From positions 806,001-870,000 of the forward strand of contig NC_045138.2 of assembly GCF_008831285.2 (NCBI RefSeq): DNA of 64,000 bases, written 5' to 3'. The notes under the pieces are model-generated. The model did no database searches. It worked only from the letters and a program-made list of their open reading frames with translations, and was not told where the DNA came from. This document shows, piece after piece, positions 54,654 through 64,000 of this stretch. This DNA comes from Nymphaea colorata (lineage: Eukaryota). The position numbers and the translations under genes were made by a program. Within the stretch, counting starts at the first letter, position 1. The number at the start of each line of letters is the position of its first letter.

Positions 54654-55234
54654 TAGGTTTGGGTATCGGGCTGGGCCGGGCAGGCTAGGGTCGGCCTATC
54701 GGGCCTAAAGCTTGGGCCCGGACCCAACCGGGCCACCAAAAGTCAGGCCCGGTCCAACCCGCCACGAAGAGGGAGACGAGCGGAAGGGGAGCCGAGAGGG
54801 AGAGGAGGAAGGAGAGCGGAGAAGGAGGAGAGGGAGACCGGGAAGGGAGAGCAGGACAGGGAGAGGAGGAAGGAACCAGAGAGGGGGAGGGGAGCGAGAG
54901 AGAGGGAAAAGGGAGAGGGAGAGGGGGAGAGGAGAGGGAGGGGAGCAAGCGGCGGACGGAGGGAGAGGGGAAGGGAAAGCAGGAGGGAGAGGGAGCAGAG
55001 CTGCAGAGAGGGAGAGGGGAACGAGCGCAGCTGGCCGCCCGAGAGTCAGGCCGGGCCGGCCCACTGCCGGGCCGCCCTATTGGGCCCGGGCCCGGCTCGG
55101 GAGGGTTATCGGCTAGGTTATCAGACCCAGGCCTGGCCCGGGAAGGTGAGGGTTATCAGGCTCAAACCCGGCCCGGGCCAGATTTTTCCTAGCCCAGGTC
55201 GGGGCCCAACGACCCGGCCCGATGCCCAGCACTA
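54654..55234. mobile_element. GC-rich hAT-type non-autonomous element, 581 bp
   Basis: TIRs TAGGTTTGGGTATCGGGCTGGGCC / GACCCGGCCCGATGCCCAGCACTA, 8-bp TSD GGTAAATG / AGTAAATG, GGCCC/GGGCC subterminal repeats and a polypurine core. Confidence 0.85.
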
Positions 55235-55832
55235 AGTAAATGCGCCACCCATAGTTGTCGTGCACCTCACCCGAGCCTGGAAGCAGTACTAAACCTCCTG
55301 CCAGCGTTCCCTTGGCGCAGCTCCCAACCCAATATAATTGAAAAAACTTCGTTTCTTCATAAAAATAAAAACAAAAAATCCCCAACGTATCCATTTCTTA
55401 TTTGAAATAGCTAAAAGACCCTATTATTATATTTGTGCTCTGAAAGATCTGTGTGTGGAGAGAGAGAGAGAGGTCAGATCACATTTGTGGTTCAGCCATG
55501 GGTTAAAAAGCTCAACCAAGCACACGACAAAGACTGGCTACATTTGCAAATATTTGGACAAGATATATTTTTTATATCTAGAGAAAGAGAGGGTGGGTAC
55601 AAACTCCCTTGTATTTATTTCTAGCCTCTATGGCTCTACTGGATGCCTTAGCTCCTCCTCAACACAGGCAAAAGCAGGTGTTAAGAGGCTTCGAGAGAAT
55701 CGCTTATTATTCGCCAAACTTATTAATAGAAATTTATTTATCTGAGTACATGCTCAGATGTAGCAGAAGCCTCCAACATTAGTATGATGGATCATAGCCA
55801 AGGTTGGCAGTGAAGAAAGGCGGTGGCGAAAT

Positions 55833-57146
55833 CTAGCAGTCGATGTTTTGACCTGGGGCTATGCCGAATTGCCCGCAGAACCGCCGGTAGAAATTGACCC
55901 TGGACCGCACAGCTCCTGGATTTCCTCCGTTGCACTCCCCACCGTTGATGGCCTTGATGGTGGAGCCGAAGCCACCGCCGGTGGTGATTCCTTGGTGGCA
56001 GTTGCTGTTCAACATCCAGAACCACACTGCAGTCTTGAAAGATATGCCTGCATCGTGGCCTACGATCCCTGGGTGATTCAAGCCATCGAAGCCAATGGCC
56101 TTCCCTGCCGCACCATAGTTATAGTTCCTGTGTGTGTTCAACCATGTTCCAAAGTAAGTGAAAGACAGAGAAAGATCGCTTCTGAATTAACCTATCATAA
56201 CCCAATATCATAAAAAGCTGTCTTTTCTGATACATGCCTCACTTTTGTTGACAACTGCCGGAAAAGATTGCCAAGTTAAGTCAAGCTATTCTGGAACATG
56301 TTAGTGTATTACTTTCCAAAGTAGTTGTATTAATTAAGTTAAGATTGATCTTCGCTTTCTATACAAAGACAAAAGATGTGATTATCATTTGTTTTAATCC
56401 AAAGGAACATGTTAGAAGTAGGACAGCAAAAAAGAAAATCTGAAGCATGAGCTAAGATCATAAACAAAAGGTGGTCTTCAAATTGGAAACTGGAAAAAAA
56501 GAAAAAACACCGTGGCTGAGGAAAATTAATGATGCTAGAGAATCATGTTCCTCATCACATGCTGAAGTAACACTTGGCTAGTGCTAAGTGATTGTTACCA
56601 TGATAGCTGCAACGGTCCTCTGCCATAGTATCTTTTGCCTGGAACACAAGGATACTGCCGGTTGTTTTGATCACAGTAGTCGCTGGGTGGATTTTGTTCT
56701 TTTATGAAGCAGAAGCCTACAGTTTTGTTATTGTTAAAGAAACATGTTAGCCCAGTACTTCATGAGTACTAACGGCTATGAATAATTCAAAATGCAAAGA
56801 GGAGGAAAACTAAAGACAGTGTTTCTATGGAAGTAGGAACTGACAGAAGAGAGAGCTCGAGTGACATACTTCCTGTTTCATGCATTACATTAGCAAGGAA
56901 AGCAGCCATTTCCCTCTTTCTAACGGCGGGGCTGCCGGTGGTGCCAAAGCCGCCGTAGCTTTCGGCGGCGGATATGAATGCATCATAGTTATAGAAGCCT
57001 TTTCCCTCACAACCATCCGGAGGGAGGAGGCTATTGAAGAAACTAGGAGTGACAATTGACCTTGGAGTGTCTTGGGCGAAGCCCACTTCAAGAACAAGAG
57101 CCACTACCACTAGAAACACAGCAACAAACGGTGTGTAACTCTTCAT
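55833..57146 (-). CDS. Secreted glycoside hydrolase family 19 chitinase, class IV-type catalytic domain without hevein domain, 229 aa
   Basis: Exons 57146-56870, 56716-56599 and 56127-55833 (690 nt, GT-AG introns). Signal peptide [24 protein letters not shown]. Motifs [73 protein letters not shown]. Both catalytic Glu positions are present. Confidence 0.95.
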
Positions 57147-57196
57147 TCTGATGATGAGTTCTGCTGTGATGCCTAGCTTGGTGCATTCTTTGTGGT

Positions 57197-57203
57197 ATTT
57201 ATA
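57197..57203 (-). promoter_or_regulatory. TATA box of the chitinase gene
   Basis: CCTATAAATACC on the - strand, ~50 bp upstream of the ATG. Confidence 0.7.
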
Positions 57204-57215
57204 GGCACTGACTGA

Positions 57216-57589
57216 ATAATCACGCCGACCTCTGAGATGACTTCTGACCAATTGAAGTCCTGATCTTGGGCAGAATTGGTCCACAATAAAGCTTGGAAAG
57301 ATCCATGCTCCTTCCCCTTCACTCTGCAACTAAAAATCCTTTGCACTTGGAAAAATTTTCAGACTTTTTCTTTTTCTGGGTTTCAATCCGTAATATAATC
57401 ACACCGACCTCTGAGATGACTTCAGACCAATTGGAGTCCCGATCTTGAGCAAAGTTGGTCCACAGTAAAGCTTGGAAAGATCAATGTTCCTTCCCCTTCA
57501 ATTTCCTGACCAATTCCGCAACTTAAAATCCTTTAAACTTGGAAAATTTTTCACAGATTTTTTCTTTTTCAGGGTTTCAATCCGTAATC
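57216..57589. repeat. Tandem duplication (~180-195 bp x2) of the chitinase proximal promoter
   Basis: ATAATCAC.CCGACCTCTGAGATGACTTC...GGGTTTCAATCCGTAAT occurs at 57216-57394 and again at 57395-57589. Confidence 0.9.
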
Positions 57590-57787
57590 AGTAAATTGCA
57601 ACTCTGTCTTTTAAACATTGTTCCTTTGGGATCTTGAGTTTTTGGGATTTCAGATCTTTGATTTCCGAAAAAGAACTTGAATTATTTGAGATATGCAAGA
57701 ACCAACGTTCTAAAAATTTGTAAATCTTATATCTAAAAATTTTTGGATCTTAGGAGCCTTTTGGTAGTGGGAAGACACTGTTTCATG

Positions 57788-57963
57788 CAGGGCAGAGCCG
57801 AAAAGTTCTGGCCAATGGGCACTTTGTATAAAATTTTAAATTTTTTAGGGGCACCAATATATAAATAAAAAAATTACCTTGAAGCATCAACATGAAAATA
57901 AGGAATTTTTTGGGTACGTGTGAATAATTTCCCACACTTAACCCACACCTACTTCTGCCCCTG
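57788..57963. mobile_element. hAT-type MITE, 176 bp, upstream of the chitinase
   Basis: TIRs CAGGGCAGAG / CTTCTGCCCCTG with a perfect 8-bp TSD GTTTCATG (57780-57787 and 57964-57971). Confidence 0.85.
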
Positions 57964-60291
57964 GTTTCATGTAGCTGTCATCGAATATTGTCGAATATTA
58001 TGCAATACAACACGACATAGACCCCTCTTTCTTCCCCCTCGTTTATGTACATTTGAAGCATAATGCATTTGAAGCATAATGAAGATCTTAAATCTATGGT
58101 TTCAAATATATATTTGAAGGATTCATGGATTGAAGGTGGCACCATGTTAAAGATTAAAGGAAACGGCGCCATCATTTTCTGGTTTTTCTCAGTGATGGCC
58201 TCACTTTTGCTGTTAAATGCCAAAAAGAGGCATCAAATTCAGTTATTTCCTGTTGGAATACCGGAAATTTATGTTTTACAATGTTACTCTTTTTCTCTTT
58301 CACACACCAGAAAAAAGGATCACTACCATTTTCTTTAGCTTAAATGATACATTTACTAGATCAGCAGAAGTGGTAGGCCCTTCTAACTTTGGAGGCTCCT
58401 ATGAGGAAATTCTAAACGTGAAACCCATACTTAGGAATATGATGAAAGATGAACTGAGGAAAACTTTCACATTTATTCAGCAATTTAATTTCCAAATGGT
58501 GGGGCCAACATTTCCTACATAGTTTGAGAGGTTCTTTTGGTCGTCGGAGTGTCGTATCAGCAAACATGATCTGCCTAATTCACAACAAATTCATGAGTCA
58601 GTAGGCGTTCTTTTTTAAAGATGACTTGTAGGTTGCATTTACTGAACTTTTTTTTTTCATTTTTACTTCAATTTTCATTTTTACTTTTGGTCGAGAGACA
58701 TTGTTGCTCACCCCGGCCCGAAAGCCATTCCGTCGTATCCAAGGTCTAGAAGAGATCGCTCATGCTACTTAAACCAGTGACATCCCTCGGTGCTGAGTGG
58801 CTGCTGATTTGTGCTGGTTGCACTGCATCCCTCGGTGCTTGTATTTACATGTGTTGTTCTTAAATCCAACAAAAAAGCAAAAAGGGAGATAATCAAACCT
58901 TGTTGTCAAGAGCATAGCATTCTCCTTGTCAAACACCTATTAAATAACTCATCAAACAATTTCATATTTTTTTTTGTAACACCCAAAAGTTTAGTATGGT
59001 ATTAAAGATTGTAAGAGATTTTTAAGGGCTTATAAAAAGAGGTGTTAAAGTGGTGGATCATAGCTTTTTTGGTGTTGAAATCGAAGCTGGTATGGGCTGG
59101 TTGGGATCCATTGAACCAAAGGCCCGAGCCCAGTAAGGAAGTGGTTTGGGTCATTACACTGATATCAAAGCCTATTCAACACTCCGAAATGAAGTCTTCT
59201 ATGTGTAGAAGCATGTGCCTTAATAGTGTTGAAGTATAACAACCAAGAGTTGGACGTCATGGTTTCTAGCATTCTTGAGACAAAAACCAAAACGGTTAGG
59301 GGGCAGATTAGAATCTCTCAATTCTGGGGGCTCGAGTTCGATGTGAGAGTGGATCAGGTCATTGTAACTTTCGTGGTAGTGAACAGTCAATAATCTAAGA
59401 CACTTTTAAGGGGCTGTTTGCAAATGAGAACAATAACAAACTGAGAACTTTAGAATTAGAACAGATTTATGAAACACTTCCATATAGTATCCCATGAATC
59501 TGCTTCAAACTTTAAAACAAATATGTAGATAATTTGTTATTGATCTCATTACTATTTGTTTGGCAATAGTAACAATATTGTTACTGTTTCTCTTGTTTGC
59601 CTCAAATAATGTTGCAGATTCATGAAATACTTATTACTATTATGGGGCAAATAGATGAAATAGTAAAAAGTGTTTTATGAATCCACCCCATTATTATTTG
59701 AAGTAGATATTTTAATGACATAAAATATGACATTTGTTACAACTGGTAAAAATTACCAATAAAAGGTACACCTACATCACCATGATGTGACTTTTTCATG
59801 GTACATTTGATCGTGACTATTTCAATAGACTTACATCATGCACATTGTTAATGTTTCAACGCAACCATAGGTGCTGGTCCTTCATGATGAATAGTGAACA
59901 ATTGGTGCAATAATTTCTACACGGCAATAAAGAATAAAGAATGGTGTCAATGGAGGATGGAAAATATCTTAACCTTATCAGCTTGAAAAGACGAAATGAT
60001 GATGTTGGAAGTCGTGTTTCCAAAAATGCTGGACTTTTGGGGGTTTGCCCAAAATTCTGGGTAATGCAGAAAATGTGTGTGGATCGACAACTCATGCGCT
60101 ATTTCTTAACAGGCACGTCATGACCATTCTTTTCAATTTTTGGAGGCGAAGGGATTGAATTACACTCTTCCTTTCATCCCCTCCATATTTTCTTTCACTT
60201 ACACTCAAACACGTTTTCTTGTTTTCTTTCTCTTTTTCTTAATCAACCAACCGAATATAGGATCGACCACCTTTCCCTCTCCACTGCTAAG

Positions 60292-60340
<49 letters not shown>

Positions 60341-62561
60341 CTATTCCAGTCATAAAGATTGTCGGTATAGATTGTTCTATCATTTGATACTTCCTTACAA
60401 ATTTTAGGTTCTAAGAAAAAACATTAGGAAAAAAATCCGCTGGTTACAACAAGAAAATGGTTAAGTCATAGTTTTCTATATAAGATAATTACTCCTGGAT
60501 GTCAGGCTTTGATGAGAAAAGAGATCTAAGTGAAAATTCATTAGGTTTGTCTCTCTTATCATAAAATACTCTAGATAGATGCAATTATCGATATCGTAAT
60601 CAAGTTACCCTATTTACATATAAAGGGAAAATCAATATTTAACAAGTGTACATTCTCAAGATCGGTTTCATATTATTGATGTGCACAGTATCAATCACAA
60701 ATTAAATAGGTGCACATGGGCTTATACAAGGTCTAAATATTAAGCATATTTTATTTCATTAAATATCTTAAATCTTTTGTTAATTATCTTTTTTTAAAAA
60801 AAAAAAAAAACAATCCAATACATTCAAATGAATAAAGGTGAAAAGAATACGGTATCGATAAACAAACTAAAAAAAAGTGGCAATCGATATTGACATCATT
60901 GCTAGTTAACTGTTGGATTACGAATTATATCGAAATCCTTAATCCAATTTGTGATGTTTAGGGGTGGATTGTCACAGGGCCACCATATTTGAGATTTTAA
61001 AACCTTTTAATAGGTAAATTTTTTAATTTTTAAAAATCTCGGGGTGCTGGGCAGGGGCCTCACCCACGTCTCTCAACTACTGGCAAATAACAGATTACTA
61101 AACTTCCAAAAAGGCTAATAAAAAAGAAAAGGCAACAAAAATTTCAGAGAAAAAGAGTGGTGGTTTATTATTTAATTTCCCCACACACTAGGCACCTTTA
61201 TAAAAACTTGTCAGTAGGCGGCTCTTTGAAAACTTCCTTTAAAAATTGAGCGCATGTAATAAACTTTTAAAATCAAGAAGCGATTTATCTAAACAGTAGG
61301 CACCCTTTCTTTGCAATTTTTTTCGATAATCTAAAGTTTTTTAAAATGATGACATTTTGCTGGTAATTACCAATTAAAGAGGTCTCCCATTCAATCATTT
61401 CCCGAGAGATAAAAGCTAAAAACTTGGGCTTTCTAAAGTAGGTCATTCGAGCTAGCTCATATTCTGCTGTTTTCGTTTTCTTATAAAAGCCTCAGATCAC
61501 ATCATTTTTAGTATTTATTTAGGAAAAACTACCCTTGGCGTAAAACCCCCAAAGCCTGGGAGGTTCTGGCTTGCTTCATAGGCTTGGGGCTCATATTTTT
61601 TTGGTTTTCTCGATACAGTCCTTGCTTTTGTTTAACAATTACCTAGAAGAGGCTACATCTGTTGGGGTTTGCAAAGGTATCAAAAAAGAATTCGACTTTT
61701 TTATAACAGGTCAGAGTAAAATAGCAGGATTTCATTATTCCAAAATCCAACAAAAAAGGTGAGATATAATCAAACCTTGTTCCTTGAAATAAAAGCATAA
61801 CATTCTAGTTTAAATACACTTTTTTTTTCTTCTTCTCAAACACCTACTAAATGACTCATCAAATGATTTCAGACATTCTTTTTGGTGGTCAGCATGTAAG
61901 TTCAATGGTGGTGAATAGCCAATGATCTAAATCACTTTTAAGAGGCTGTTTGGAAATGAGAACAACAACAACTTGTTTCATGAACTGCACTAATATTTAA
62001 AGCAAATATCTCAGCTTGTTAGTGTTCTCGTTGCCAAACATGTCCTCAGGGATTGCTTGGTAATAATAACAATATCTTATTGTTCCACTTAATGATGATG
62101 GATTCATTAAACACTTTTTATTGTTATTGTTATGGGGCTGATACATAACACATTAAAAAATGTTTCATGCCTCGTACTTTGAGCATATATGTAAAACAAT
62201 AACATATTATTACTGTTACCAACAACCTACAAAAATTGCACCTACGAGATGTGCCTATACATTTGATCATGACTTCTTAGACTTGAAAATTCAATGTTTC
62301 AATTGCAATGGCCCTTCTTGAAGAATGGTGAACATTGGTCCAATTCTTGGTCCAATAATTTCTACAGGGTTATCAGCTTCAAGAGTCATGGCTTAGGGCT
62401 ATGGGTTTCCAAAAGTGCTGGACTTTTGAGGGTGGATCTGCCTCCCTTCTTTCTCATTGTAACTCTATGCGGTCCTGATTCTGACAAGGGCGGAAAATGA
62501 CGTGCCATGCAAGGAGTTGGCAGACAGACTAAACTCACATTGATCGTCTCCTCGTCTCCGT

Positions 62562-62604
<43 letters not shown>

Positions 62605-64000
62605 TATTATTTTCCATTATTTTTAATTATCAAAGAAAACACTAAATTACTACTCTTTCCCACCATCCAAATAGCGCGTAATCTATACCGACAACGTTGT
62701 TGGTACCTACAGGTTATGAACCTATGCCAGTCATAAAGACTGTTGGAATAGTTTGGTCTATCATTTGATACTTCCTCTACAAAATTTAGGTTATTTAAAA
62801 AGAAAAAAAATATTAGTAAAAATAACAAGTAAATGGTTAAGCGAAAGTTCTTCTATATAAGATAGTTACCTGAACTTGATGTCAGGCATTTAATGAGAAA
62901 ATAGATCTAAGTGAAAATTCTTAGGTTTCTCTCTCTTATCATAAAATAATCAAGACAAATGTAATTATCCATATCATAATCTAATTGCCACATTTATATA
63001 GAAAGGGAAACTCAGCTTGTTAGTGTTCACATTCTTGATGCGCACCGTATCCACAACAAATTAGAAGGCCGTACATGGGCTCCTATGAGGTTGAAATATT
63101 AAACTTTACTAAATATCTTAATATATTTGTCAACTGATTTTTAAAGAAGAGAAGCGAAGCAACGGAATACATACATGCAAGTGAATAGAGGTTCTCTATG
63201 AGAGGGGTTTCCCACCAATTTGATAGACGAAGGGCCAGATTCCCTTAGGGGCCGTTTGATGGCAATGGAATAGGCTAGAACAGACACGTGCGTTCCATTT
63301 ATTAAAATGTGCATCAAACAGGAAGCTCACTCGCTCGAGCTCGCCTCCCCTCTATGACATAAGAAACATGATGTTCGTTCTTAAAACTGTCAAACGATGG
63401 ACATGGAACAACATTGACAGCAAGGACATAACATCAGTGCAATAGCTTCTGCCGGTCTACACCTTCAACCGGTTAGGTCACCTCGTCCAATCTATTCTAT
63501 CAAAATGCATAGTACATGAATTTGTATATTTGATGAGAACAATGCGGTCCGCTGGTGGTCAGTATCTTGTCAATGACTTTGCATCGGAAGTATCTTATCA
63601 ATAACCGAGCAACTTATCATATTAGTCAGGGACAAAAACATGCACCACAACAATATGCATATGTTTTTTCTTTTTTTGGTACATAGGAGCGGTTTAGAAC
63701 CACATTAACTAACTATAGCACGAGGTCGAGCTACACCATTCAGATCATCTTCAATCAATCGATGCAAATGACCAGGTGGATTGGAAAGAATGGTCACTCC
63801 AAAAGATCCTTGAAAATCCCATGAGGCAAGAAAATCGGCACACATATTAGCTTCTTTGAATGTATGATATAAGACACCCCCCCCTTCCTTGTCTCTAGGA
63901 TCTAGGGCTCCGTTGGTATCGTGGTTGGAACATGTGCTGTGCGTTAACTACTATATTCCTGTTCTGTCCTAAGGTACAACCATCAAACCCTATGGTACAG

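Noticed and set aside
54685..55116. Pro/Ser-rich and Arg/Gly/Glu-rich ORFs of 87-134 aa
   Set aside because: By-products of the low-complexity GC-rich core of a TIR/TSD-bounded hAT element.

Overview
AT-rich flowering-plant nuclear DNA with spliceosomal introns, many (AT)n tracts and MITEs. It has three parts. (1) About 0.2-27.8 kb: a gene-free, degenerate tandem array of ~1.7-4.6 kb modules. Each module is built around a conserved ~150-210 nt imperfect fold-back with a purine-rich 5' arm, a pyrimidine-rich 3' arm and a U-rich/A-rich upper stem. There are nine complete copies in two subtypes plus one orphan arm, with a compensatory base change. This is the best candidate for an undescribed system: an expanded cluster of microRNA-like precursors. 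(2) 32.2-49.2 kb, + strand: an intact ~19-exon CHD3/Mi-2 (PICKLE-like) chromatin remodeller of ~1068 aa (PHD, two chromodomains, SNF2 ATPase, helicase-C). It has a GC-AG intron and a short acidic C-terminus. (3) 49.4-64 kb: a three-exon secreted GH19 chitinase without a hevein domain (- strand), a stranded copy of its 3' UTR next to the CHD gene, and three copies of a ~1.5-2.7 kb upstream module. Several hAT/MULE/Tourist MITEs, SINE-like elements and a LINE ORF1 fragment are also visible. All calls were made by eye from the sequence; no alignment, folding or database search was run.
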